DNA from: the human T2T-CHM13v2.0 reference genome, Homo sapiens
Direction: 5' to 3' (one strand)
Assembly (NCBI RefSeq): GCF_009914755.1
Contig: NC_060938.1
Length of the DNA stretch: 64,000 bases
Shown: positions 1 through 12,690 of the stretch, piece after piece
Layout: every line of letters starts with the position of its first letter
How positions within the stretch are numbered: position 1 is the stretch's first letter
Position numbers and translations under genes: made by a program
Notes under the pieces: model-generated
Database searches by the model: none
What the model was told of the DNA's origin: nothing
What the model saw: the letters and a program-made list of their open reading frames with translations, nothing else

Positions 1-69
1 GAACCCAACTCTGAAGGGGTCTTCTTGACATCCGATTTTCTCCTTCCAGAGCTCTTCTGAAGTTCTTGC
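1..69 (-). other. Candidate exon (continues beyond left edge of window)
   Basis: The minus strand has a strong acceptor TTTCCCTTTTCTTGCTTTTTCTTCATTAG|G at 70/69. The following 69 nt are purine-rich (GAAGA motifs) and open in all three frames. There is an ATG at 31-29 in a weak Kozak context. Confidence 0.4.
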
Positions 70-399
70 CTAATGAAGAAAAAGCAAGAAAAGGGAAAAT
101 ATGTGCACCACAGAATTTTCCTTCTCTCTGGTGGTGTTTTGCAAAAATGCCATGGCAACTTTCCTCTTCAAATACTTGGGATTTGTTTCTCTTGCATCTG
201 TCAAGTGCACATCAAAGTTGAATTTTCCACTTTGGAATTATGATTTGTATTCTGCTTCTCCCATCTGGGCTTCTGTTCTCCTGAAAACTGCCTATTCTAC
301 TGTGAAATGAGCATTCCCCAAGGCTGATGTAGCCGCTTCATGCTAAGTGTTGATGGGAAACCTGAAGCTGAGTTGGGCAAATGTTTTTGAGATCTGTAA

Positions 400-846
<447 letters not shown>

Positions 847-1507
847 AAATGTTTTCTAGTTAAGTTCATATACCCATGCCAGAGTGCCTAGCTCACACTT
901 CATTATAAATGTCTGCCTCAAACAGAAGTCCTGGGTCCATGTTTCCACTGTCCTGCGAGGGATACACAAGAACACTTGGCAAACGAAGAAGGGAAGGCCT
1001 GGGGCTACAGTGGGTAGGGAGTACCAGAGACCCAGGGGACAATATATGGGTTAAATGAGGACTTTATTTAATAGTATTTTTAAAAATTAAAATTGTGACA
1101 AAATTTAGGAATCAGTAATTATTTAAAAATCCAAATATTCTGCTTCTCTTGAAAAATCAGAAGACATGGCATCTCGGGGCCCAAATTTCTATTTGGCAGT
1201 TTTCAGCTGGAGGTCAGCTGGTGTCCCCCTAAACTCAAGGCATGTGGTCCCCAGTGGGTCACGCCCACCAGAATCCTCTGCTGTCTTGATAGCTCTGAGG
1301 TCCTTCAGGGATCACTGGGGAATGATGTTCTCCTAGAAGACTTTCTGGATCCTCCAGGTCCAGGTTAGATGCTAACCAATGCTCTTAAAGTAGCTATAGC
1401 AACTTTTATTAATATAGATAATATTTTATATTTTTCATATTATATAATTTTTGTTATTATATTTTAATTGCTTCCTGACTTATCTCAGTCCTCTTCAGTA
1501 TAATTTA

Positions 1508-1849
<342 letters not shown>

Positions 1850-3282
1850 AATCTCCAACATCTTGCATAAGGCCCAGGCCATAAGCAGACATTCAAATAA
1901 ATTAATTTACTAAATAAGGACAATAGACTAAATAATCCCTGGGGTCCATTTTAGTTGTACTATTCTATTGCTCTGATGTTTCTCTTTAAAGAAACAGATT
2001 CATGGGTTTTCTATTAGAGTAAGACACTGTATTTGTCTCTACACATACCTGAGTAAGAATGCTTTGGGTTAGATCCCTCTTTTTTGGTTCATAGAACTAG
2101 AGAAGAGAACAGATGGAAAGGACCTTGAAGTTCAGCTTCCTAATTTGCAGGTGGAGAAACAGGCTCAGAGAAGATACGTGGACTTCCTTCGAGTCATATA
2201 GTTGTAACCCAGGTTAGGACATGTGCCTCCAGGGCAGAGTCCACCTGCCTTGGTCTCTAGTCTGAAGGAACAAATGACCAGTGTGGTAGATAAGAACAAA
2301 GTATATTCAAAGCCTATAAAAGAAAAGAGACAGAGAGAGGAAAGTGGTACTAGCTGACAAATGTCACCTTAGTGGCAAAAACAGTAAATACCGTAGAGGT
2401 TTATAGGACAGAAATTACTTCAGAAACGTAACAAGGTTTAAGCAATCCAGTGTTTATTAGCAATGGTTCTCTGACTGGGGTGTCCAAATGCATTCTAAGG
2501 GGACTTTGAGTTCCCTTTGAAAACAGTGAATGTACAATTTCAGGGATTTTCATCATTTCTGTGAGGGAGTATGACACTTTCCTGGCCATTGAAGGGGAGA
2601 AGGGAATTGATTTGTAAATGATGTGTATACACAAAGTGAAGGCCCAGTGATGGAATGGTGATGGTTTGCAGTAGTTTGGGGCTGTGGCAATTAGTGACAT
2701 TTTGTTTTTACATTATAAACAGTGATGTAATTGGAGTGAAATGCCATTATCCACTGCGTCATTTTAATGCAGTCAATTGTTACTGGCTTCGTATTTAGTT
2801 TTTACACTTATGTTGGTGTCAGAATTATAGAAGAGTTGTAAGCAAAAGCACTTTGCATCTAGTTGTGTTAGTTTTGTGTACATTGATGCAACATTGCAAT
2901 GAAAGTAATCTAAAACAATGCCAACAGTCCAAGAGATTTTATCTTTCTTTTAGAAAGAGTCTATGCATTATTCAAGCTTGTTGTGAATGCTGACTTCCTA
3001 TAGCACTTGCATTTAAGTTATGAGAAGTTATTGGCATGAGAGATAATTTAAGTGGCATGAGCTCATCTGCTGTCACTGCATGAATTACTTGGGAGGAACT
3101 TGGTGTGGGAGATGTGATATGCTCTCCCCTCAGTAGGTGGCTGTTCCCACAGGCAATTCTAGATTCTAAGATAATTCTGACTATTGTTTTATTGACTTTA
3201 GAACCAGATCCTTTGTAAGATGTTATGATGTACAGGGTCTAAGTGGTGGAAGGATGTGTCTTTCCTTTAATGTGATATAAGC

Positions 3283-3490
3283 CAGAGTTCAGCAAACTAT
3301 GGCCCATGGACCAAACACAGCCCACAGTCTGTTTTTGTTAATAAAATTGTATTGGAATTTAGGCACACTCATTTATATACAGATGGTCTGTGGCTGCTTT
3401 CACACTATAAATCCTTAGTCCAATCATTTCGATAGAGATCCTATGGCTTGCAGAGTCCAAAGTCTTTATTATCTGACAGTGCCCTAGGAC
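3283..3490. mobile_element. MER58A-like hAT-Charlie MITE
   Basis: Contains ...GCAAACTATGGCCC... and CATTTATATAC...GGCTGCTTTCAC, typical of the MER58 body. Confidence 0.7.
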
Positions 3491-3737
3491 CCAGGGTCTA
3501 AATATAACCATTTCTGCACTGTGCTTTCAGCTTCTGTGTATTTTATTTGTTTCTCTAAAGTGACCTAATTAATCTGTCCTATTGGGATAATTAGGGAATT
3601 CTAGATGGTTGTTGCTTTGTGGAAGATTCCGTGATTTCTCTAATAAGGGAATCTAGTCTATTCTCAACATAGATTCCTACTTTCTTAAAATAGGATGCTG
3701 GAAGCTAGCAAGATGCTGTTTGATTCAGGAGCCCCAC

Positions 3738-3850
3738 CTGCCAGAGCTAGCCTCAGGCTGCACTGTGAATGAGCCACTTGTGTTTCCACCCGTCCGCCCT
3801 GCTTTTCGGAACCCGCTTCCTTCATCATGTCTTTGCGTCACTGCCTTTTC
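3738..3850 (-). promoter_or_regulatory. Candidate promoter/first exon or enhancer motif cluster
   Basis: Five CpGs in ~50 bp of otherwise CpG-poor DNA. GC box CCGCCC (3794-3799), ETS-type CTTCC (3816-3820), ATF/CEBP-type TTGCGTCA (3833-3840). Minus-strand donor CAG|GTGGGG at 3738/3737. Confidence 0.3.
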
Positions 3851-4336
3851 ACTCCATCCTGCCTCTCAGTAACATCAGTGAAGGCTCTGATATCTCACTT
3901 TTACCACCATTTAAGTTCACTTCATTTGTCCACTTCTTGCTTCTTCCAAGGGTGTTTGCACTTGAAGCTTTTTGTCCCCACTGTGTATAGGAAGCTTTGC
4001 CTTCCCTGAAAGGTTTGACCAACTCAGAGGAGTGGAGGGAGAAGGGATGAGGGGGCAGCACAGGACGGGGAGTGGTAGGGACAGGGCTGTCCCTGTCCTC
4101 CTCAGTGACTGCACGGCTCATTGCACCTCATTCCTGGGTTGCTGTACAGATCAGAGTCTACCTCACCTCAAAAGCCCCACAGTATTTGTTAAATGTCTGG
4201 GGGATTCCAGATACTTAACAAATAATCTTTCAATGTGGTCGACTTATTTAGGGAACAAACACAAAAAGACTCACACAAAAGGCATGGGAGTCAAATGCTC
4301 TTTGGGATACTTGACTGGAGAGGGCTTTCTACTTAC

Positions 4337-4428
4337 ACGTGCCTAGGGAAATAGTCAAAGGATGAGGGGGGTTGGTATGATTTAGGGACAGTTCCTAGAA
4401 GGAGATACTTACTCCTGAATGTGCTCTG
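4337..4428 (-). other. Candidate exon
   Basis: On the minus strand, a long pyrimidine tract (T25 plus TTC repeats, 4432-4475) leads to an AAG|CAG tandem acceptor; donor CGT|GTAAGT at 4337/4336. Confidence 0.35.
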
Positions 4429-4530
4429 CTTAAAAAAAAAAAAAAAAAAAAAAAAAGAAGAAGAAAAGAAAAGAAATTGTGTTGGGCGTAACCACAGCCT
4501 TCTTAGCCAGCCTGAGTTGGCATTGCTCAC

Positions 4531-4637
4531 CCTCTGAGGATTAGGTCAGCCACAGTGAGCTTTCTCAAGGAAGTGGTGCCTTGGGGAGCCCGCGTTGGAA
4601 AGCAATAGCAGATGGCTGCCGTGGGATGTATATGGTC
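4531..4637 (-). other. Candidate exon (3' boundary better supported than 5')
   Basis: Donor AGG|GTGAGC at 4531/4530 would give a 102-nt intron to the 4428 acceptor. The upstream CAG at 4640-4638 has a poor pyrimidine tract. Confidence 0.25.
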
Positions 4638-5170
4638 CTGCTTTTTTAATATGTGGAGAAAAGAGTCCTGCGCTCTCTGTATGTTCACATATATCAGGAT
4701 CATTATATGTTAATTGCTTATTATGGCAACTGATGATTTGCCTCCTGTTTCTTATGTGTTCTGTCAGTTAACATTTATTGGGCACCTACTATATGTCGAT
4801 AGAATCTGCACAGTGGCAGGTAAAGTTTTCCCTGTCTTTAAAGAGCTCAAGTCTGATAAGAATGACAACTCATGAATAATTGCAATCTAGGATGGAGAAA
4901 CGGGGGAATTCTCCCTTAGAATTATATCCCCCTCATTGACTTCACACTAAATTCGACTTTTTAAATTCAGCAGTGATTATCTAAAGCCTGAGCTGTTCAG
5001 ATTGTTAAATAACAGTACTCTAAGTTAATCTACAAGAATCTTAATTAAAGAAGTGAATTTGGGTATGTTCAAATTATAACTCAGCTGAAAAACAGTTTCT
5101 CTACTATGCATTCCCCTCACCAATCCCACTTCCCAAATAAACTGACTGAGGTGGGATAAAAGGGTCCAGA

Positions 5171-5403
5171 CTAGAGGATGGCAAACTCCAGCCCCAAGGT
5201 CAAGTTACACCTGCCACCTGTTTCTATAAATAGTTCTCCTGGAACACAGAAATGCCCACTCATTTACATAATGTCTATCATCTGTGGCTGCTTTCAAGCT
5301 ACAAGGCAGAGGTGAGCAGCTGGGACAGAGGTTGTGTGTGGCCAGCAAAGCCTAAAATATTTACTTTTTGTATCACAGGAAAAAAAAATTGCCAACCCTT
5401 GGT
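5171..5403. mobile_element. MER58A-like hAT-Charlie MITE
   Basis: GGCAAACT...CATTTACATA...GGCTGCTTTC...AAAGCCTAAAATATTTACT...TTGCCAACCC. Confidence 0.75.
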
Positions 5404-6101
5404 CTAGAGTAAACTGAACACCCATAAAAAGTAAAAACAACATTATTCACCACCTCTGACTGGCAAAATGACTTAAGAACCAGCACACTGGTACATTTTA
5501 ATAGCAGTTAAATCTAGACACATTTGGATTTAAATTGAAATCCAATATCCTCCTCTTCATGATGAAGTATTAACATGGTTAGCTAGCTAAGAAATATTTG
5601 ACCCTCACGTACTTAAAATATCTCTTGTTTTGGTGTTTGTGTACACAAATTAGGGAATACAAATTATGTTCATGAAGTAAGTCATCTTCACCAACGGAAA
5701 GAAATATTCTCCAAATCGCTGAGACCATGCATCAACCCTACTGCACAGTTAGAAGAAGGGCCACATTAATTACCCGAGGATACAGAATCTCTTAGGAAGA
5801 GGAGTGGCCACAGAGAACAAGAGCATATATAGTGCATTTCAGAGAAGTTTCTCCTGCCCTCCAGATTCCCCTGTGGACCTACTCTGAGTCCATTCTGCAA
5901 GGGGGCATTTCTGCATTTGAGCAGCTCCCGTTCTTACCCATTACACATCCCTGTGTATAGGGGGCTTCAGGAAGAACTTACACAACCAATCGATGGCCTC
6001 AGTTTAATATAACATTTAAAAATATCTCGCTCTCCTGATTCTGTAGCCAAACTCAGAATCATCAAGGCCACTTCCTCTCCCAGGAGAGTAAGCAAACTTA
6101 C

Positions 6102-6205
6102 TGCCCAGATGTCCCCCAAAGTGTCTTTGCCTTCAACTTTGCTGCAGGCTGGAAAGGCTGTTTCTCTACAAGGACTGGAGATGCAAACCCTTGGAGGGGA
6201 GGGTC
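6102..6205 (-). other. Candidate 104-nt internal exon
   Basis: Minus strand: branch-point-like TTTAAC ~20 nt upstream, acceptor TGCCTGCCCTCCCCAG|G at 6206/6205, donor GCA|GTAAGT at 6102/6101. Confidence 0.4.
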
Positions 6206-6337
6206 CTGGGGAGGGCAGGCACGTGTTAAAAAGGGCAGTAGATGAAAGCAAATGTGGCTGCAATTGTCCGCTTCTGCTTGAACAGCAAGTCTGTCCCATG
6301 CTATAACAGGGATTCTGTAGGATGGATCCTGTTTTTT

Positions 6338-6643
6338 GTTTTGTTTTGTTTTGTTTTTTGAGGCGGAATCTCGCTCTGTCGCCCAGGCTGGAGTGCAGTG
6401 GCGCCATCTCTGCTCACTGCAAGCTCCGCAGGAGAATGGTTCACGCCATTCTCCTGCCTCAGCCTCCTGAATAGCTGAGACTACAGGCGCCCGCCACCAC
6501 ACCCGGCTAATTTTTTGTATTTTTTAGTGGAGACAGGGTTTCACCGTGTTAGCCAGGATGGTCTCGATCTCCTGACCTCATGATCTGCCCGCCTCGGCCT
6601 CCCAAAGTGCTGGGATTATAGGCGTGAGCCACTGCACCCTGCC
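6338..6643 (-). mobile_element. AluY
   Basis: Y diagnostics (GCAAGCTCCGC, TTCACGCCATTC, CCGTGTTAGCCAGGATGGTCTCGATC); perfect 13-bp TSD GATCCTGTTTTTT (6325-6337, 6646-6658). Confidence 0.95.
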
Positions 6644-6834
6644 CCGATCCTGTTTTTTAGAGAAAGTAGATTGTTAATCCGTCACTTTATGTATTGTCTC
6701 TAAGATAGCATCTATCATGTATATAGGCACAAATGCATACTGGAGTGAATTCATAAATTAATAGATGAATTAAGACCTCAGACTCTGGAGACAAGCAAAA
6801 TTGAGTTTAAATCCCATCTTTGCCAGTTAATAGC

Positions 6835-7882
6835 TGTTAGTTATCTATCGCTGTATAACAAATTGTCCCAAATTTAGTGGCTTAAGTTATTATCTCACAG
6901 CACTGTGGGTAAAGGATCTGGGTTTGGCTTTGCTGGGTACCAAGGCTGCAGTCATCTCAAAGCTTGGCCAGGTGGGGAAGGACCTGCTTTCAAGCTCACG
7001 CATGTGGTTGTTGGCTGGCCTCAAATCCGTCATGGCTGTTGGCTGACCTCAAATCCATCATGGCTGTTGGCTAGAGACATCAGTTCCTTGCCACCTGGGC
7101 CTCTCCAAAGGGCTGCTCACAACATGGTGGCTGGCTTCCCCCAGAGAGGGGAATCTGAGAGAAAGATCCAAGATGGAAGCTACAGTGTTTTTGTTTTCAC
7201 TGGGAATGTGGGCAAGGCATTGAAAAAGATTTTTGTGTGAGTGATAAAATATACACAACATTATTTGCTATTGTAACCTTTCTTTCTTTCTTTTTTTTTT
7301 TTTTTTTGAGACAGAGTCATGCTGTGTCACCCAGGCTGGAGTGCAGTGATACTTCCTTGGCTCACTGCAACCTCCACCTCTCGAGTTCAAGAGATTCTTC
7401 TGCCTCAGCCTCCCAAGTAGCTGGGACTATAAGTGTGCACCACCACACCTGGCTAATTTTTTGTATTTTTAGTAGACGGGGTTTTGCCATGTTGGCCAGG
7501 CTGGTCTCAAACTCCTGACCTCCAGTGATCTGCCCACCTCGGCCTCCCAAAGTGCTGGGGTTACAGGCATGAGCCACCACACCTGGCCTATTGTAACCAC
7601 TTTTAGGTGTGCAATTAGGTGGCATTAAGTATATTCACTGTGTTTTACAACCATCACCACTATTTATTTCTAAAACTTTTCATCACCCCAAACAGAAACT
7701 TGAAGCTACAGTGTTTTTGCAACCTAATCTCAGAAGCAACATACCACCATTCTGTTATATTCTGTTTCTTGGAAGCAAGTCACCAAACATAGCCCACAAT
7801 TCCAGGGGGAGGGTATCTTGAAGGACAAGAAGACCAGGAGGAAGACATCCTAGAAGGCAGTCCCAGAAGCTGCCTGCCATAC
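6835..7882 (-). mobile_element. Old MaLR LTR (MLT1G/H-like), interrupted by an L1M fragment and an Alu, inserted in a MIR
   Basis: Starts TGTTAGTTATCTATCGCTGTATAACAAATT; MLT1-type body resumes after ~7700; MIR-like sequence on both flanks. Confidence 0.6.
7279..7588 (-). mobile_element. Alu (S/J)
   Basis: Reverse Alu dimer; TSD TATTGTAACC. Confidence 0.93.
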
Positions 7883-7946
7883 AGGCTATGTGACCTTAGG
7901 CAGGTAGTAACCTGCCTCAGTTTCAACCTTTGTAAAACAAGGATGA

Positions 7947-8297
7947 TATCTTAGTCTGTTCAGGCTGCTATAACAAAATACCATAAACTGGGTGGCTTAT
8001 GGACAACAGGATTTTATGTCTCACAGTTCTAGAGGCTGGAAAGTCCAAAGGCAAGGCAGAGTCTGTCTGGTGAGGGCCTGCATCCTCACAGGTGGCACCT
8101 TCTTGCTGTGTCTTCACATGATGAAAGGGGCAAGGGGTCTCTCTCAGGCTTCTTTTTAAGGGCACTTATTTCATTCATGAGGGCTCTGTTCCCATGAGCT
8201 AATCACCTCCCAAAAGCCCTACCTCCTAATGCCATGGCCTAGGGGTTAGGATTTCAACATATGAATTTCGGAGGGACAGAAACATTCAGACCTAGCA
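7947..8297 (-). mobile_element. MLT1A-like MaLR solo LTR
   Basis: TCTTAGTCTGTTCAGGCTGCTATAACAAAATACC...AACATTCAGACCTAGCA; 5-bp TSD GATGA. Confidence 0.85.
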
Positions 8298-9598
8298 GAT
8301 GATTTTGCCTGCCTCATAGTGCTGTACTTATATCCAGGGGGAGCACCCCCAAGTTTCTACTCTTTAATATAAGATTAAATAGATGGCCCCAAGCCATGAT
8401 GTTTGGCCACCATGGACTCCAGGCAGGGTTTTCCTGCACGGCTTCTCAGATCTTCATGGTGCTTCAGCAGAGATCACATCTTTAGATCTCTGACAGCATG
8501 AGCAGATAGAGGGCAGAGCAGAGGCAGAACTGTGGCAATACAAAATATGATTCCTACATCTTCTTCCCAGTACAATCTTTATGGGGAGCAGAGCTTCCTG
8601 TAAGGAAGGAGAAGCCTCCCCTGGACAGTGTTGAGCTCCCATGTCCTCATCATATCTCCTCTGGGAGTGGATCCACCCCTCCCTCAGTTGCTCACATTCA
8701 CCACCAAGATACTATCCTTGTACCCATTATGGTTTATTCTCTTTCTTCCATGCACATTCCCAGTATCACTTTAATGTGTCCGCCCTCTTTCCTGGTGAGC
8801 TGTCCTGTGCAGTGAATAAGAAACAGTTACTTCCCCTGGAGGGCTTGCATATGACTATGCAACGTGCAAGCAGGCTGCTTTTAAAACTATTATTTAAAAT
8901 TTTTCAAAATGGTAGTATCTCTTTCCATCCTTGTCCCCTCTCACAGGTCAAACCTAAACAATTCAGGGTCTCATTCCAAACACCAGCTCATGGATGTGTT
9001 CTGAGCCATCATATATTCCAGCCATATCTTTATACTTCTGTGGTCCTGTGGAATAGTACCAATCCAGATCCTTAATTAGCTGAAAATTAATTCAGATGAT
9101 TGCATATTTAAGCCAAAGAAATAAATTAATATTGTGTGCAAAGGTTTCTGGTGATGAGTATTTTGGAAGGACTGTTAAACACATTTGAAATAAAAATAGT
9201 TTACTGGCTAAGGCTCAGAAAAAAACAAAAATTATTACTGATCAGTGTTTTCTAAAGTGTGTTCTGCAGACCGAAATGCTGTTTATTTGCCCACTGACCA
9301 AAATTACATTGATAATCTGTACTAATCTCATCAGGGTTGATGAGAATATGGTAAAACAGTCATGGACTGTTTTCTGCTGGGAGTATAAATTGGACATGCC
9401 TCTAGGCAAGCAATTTTGTACTATTTATCAGAATTTAAAATGTATATGCCCTTTGGCCCAGCAACTCTACTTCTAGAAGTTAATCTTAAATCATTCTTGC
9501 ACATATATACAAGGGGCTTTATTGCAGTACTGTTCATAGTAAGAAAACGTTGGAAACAACTTAAATGTATGTCTATAATAGACCAGGTAAATCAATTA

Positions 9599-9776
<178 letters not shown>

Positions 9777-9960
9777 CAGCCCACCTGTATGTATTCACAT
9801 GGAAAGATGGACATAGTATTTTGTTACCTGGAAGAAGCAAGTCGTAGAGCAATGTTTTAATATAATTACTTCTATAGGAAAAGATATATACATATGGTAT
9901 TATATATATAATTTCTGTGTGTATGCACAATATTGTGTGTGTGTGTCACACACACACAGC

Positions 9961-10308
9961 ATGTTTTCATGCTGCTAATACCTGAGACTGGGCAATTTAC
10001 AAAAGAAAGAGGTTTAATTGAACTTACAGTTCCACATCGCTGGGGAGGCCTCACAGTCATGGCGGGAGGAAAGGAGGAGCAAGTCACTTCTTACATGGAT
10101 GGCAGCAGGCAGAAAAAGAGAGTTTGTCCAGGGAAACACCCATTTTTAAAACCATTAGATCTCATGAGACTCATTCGCTATCATGAGAACAATGCAGGAA
10201 AGACCATAATTCAATCATCTCCCACTGGGTTCCTCCCATGACACTTGGGAATTGTAGGAGTTACAATTCAAGATGAGATTTGAGTGGGGACACAGCCAAA
10301 CCATGTCA
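9961..10308 (-). mobile_element. THE1 (THE1B-like) MaLR solo LTR
   Basis: Reverse complement of TGA(T/C)ATGGTTTGGCTGTGTCCCCAC...; body contains GGAGGAGCAAGTCAC...GGATGGCAGCAGGC. Confidence 0.9.
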
Positions 10309-12409
10309 TATATGTATATATATAATACATGTACAACCACATAGATTTGTTTGGAAGGATACACACCAAACTGTTAATAGTGGTTATTCTTCCTCTTGAG
10401 AAAGAAATAGAATTTTCTAGAGGGTAGGAGGGTTGCTTCCTGCTTTGCTGTGTATCCTTGCATATTGTTTGAATTTTTTATAATTAGTATACATTGCTTC
10501 TGTAATTTATGAAACAATTTAAACATCTCTTAAACTCATAGACATAACATATTTATTTTTAAGCAAATTAAGAAAAAGAACCATGTAATCTCTCTGCCCA
10601 AATGTAATTACTATTAATCTTCCATACCTTTTTCTATAGATGTATTGTTTGTTTTTAAAAAATGTAATTTTTCCATTTAGACCATTTTGTAATCTGCTGC
10701 TTTTATTTCACAATATGGGATAAATGTGATTATTCCCTGCATATTTATGTGCCAGTAGATATTCAGTTATATTTCTAATGACTTCAATGTTATGGTTTTT
10801 AGGTATATGAGATTACTGGAAACTAGGCATTTGAAATGGGCAAGGTAAATTCCTAGTGCAATATCCTGTTACCTGGCTTCTTGCTTTCATCTTGTTCATC
10901 CATACATCTAGATTGTCCACCCTTTATGCCTAATCTCTGTCATTGTCTTGAATAAAATTTTCCATGGCTGCCCATTGCCCTCAAGATAAATTTCTAGTTT
11001 CCTTAGATAGATTGCAAGGCCCCTCACTTTCCAGTTCATGTTTCCTCTGGCACATCTTTGGCCAACACCTTTATCTTCAACTCCCATCAACAGCTCACCT
11101 CACCCAGGCTTATTCTCACTCTGCCTTCCGGTTTCAGCTCCAATGACTCCATTTCTGATTCAGTTACTTCTCTGTTTCTCAGAGCATCTTCCACTTCTTC
11201 CATCTCTTGTTTTTGCCACCCAATAGGGACTCTCCCTTTTCCTGACAAAACAGTTCATTGTGTGTGAGAGACTTCGGGCAAGGTTATTAAGCTGTCCACG
11301 CTTCAGGCTTATCATGATTCATCATCTATTAATAGGACAATAATAGTACCGACCTCCTGAGATTGTTAATTGGAGGAAGTGAATGAATATCTCTCAGTGG
11401 ATTAGAAGTGCCTGGGGCATAATAAGGGCTCTATGTGTTTGAGGCTGCAGTTGCTGTAATTGGAATCATCTCTCTTTTACTCAGTCCACCTAGTTTGGTT
11501 GAAGTTGGTTCTACCCTCTGCTCTAGGGGTTGCTAAGGTAATCAGTAAATCTCATCCTTCTAGATCCTGTGATGGGTTCAGAAGAGAACACAAAACCCGA
11601 TTTGAGCCAGTGAGAGTCACTATGAAGACTTTACTTTCTGAAGGAGAGAAACTCTCTATCTCTAGGCATGTGCATAATGCATGCTAGGCTTACTGCTATT
11701 GGAGCTGAGACATTGCAGATGGAAGCCCATCAGAGCATGGAACCAACACAGAGGGAAACACAGCTGAGCAAAGAGAGAGAAGTCCTGTCCTGGTGATACT
11801 GGGATGAGCCTTTCATGAAGCGATGCCTGACCAGCTCTTCCTCCAATTCCTCAGTCGTTTGAGCCAAAATACTTCCTTGTTGCTTAAACCACTAAGGGTT
11901 AGGTTTTCTGTCACTTACAACCCAGAGTTTCAAGAGATATATACCATGTCTTACCAACATCATACCTTAGTATAATGGTCTTTCTATTGATCTCTCTGCT
12001 GCATGAGACCTTAAGGTCTGTGAGGACAGGCCTGGGTCCTATTTCCCTTTGTATCTCCAGCTTCCAACATAGTGCTTGACTATATTAGATGCAAGTATTT
12101 GTTGAATGAAAAAATGTCTCAGAGGCTACCTTGACTATTTCAGCATAACTTGTTCAATGCTACTGGTTTATCCAGGCCTAAAAGTCTGCTAATCGTATCA
12201 GCAAGGCATAATAGAATGGGAAAAGAATTAATATTATTGAATGCCTGTCAGTAACTAGGTAATGTATATGATACTTTACATCATGTCATTTAATCAGAAA
12301 GCATAATTGCTTTCTCCCTTCCTGCTATCCCATGATAGGTCTATTACTATACTTCCAAGTCAGTAAAATAAGAATAATGAAATAAGAATATCAATGAAAT
12401 AAGAACAAA

Positions 12410-12690
<281 letters not shown>

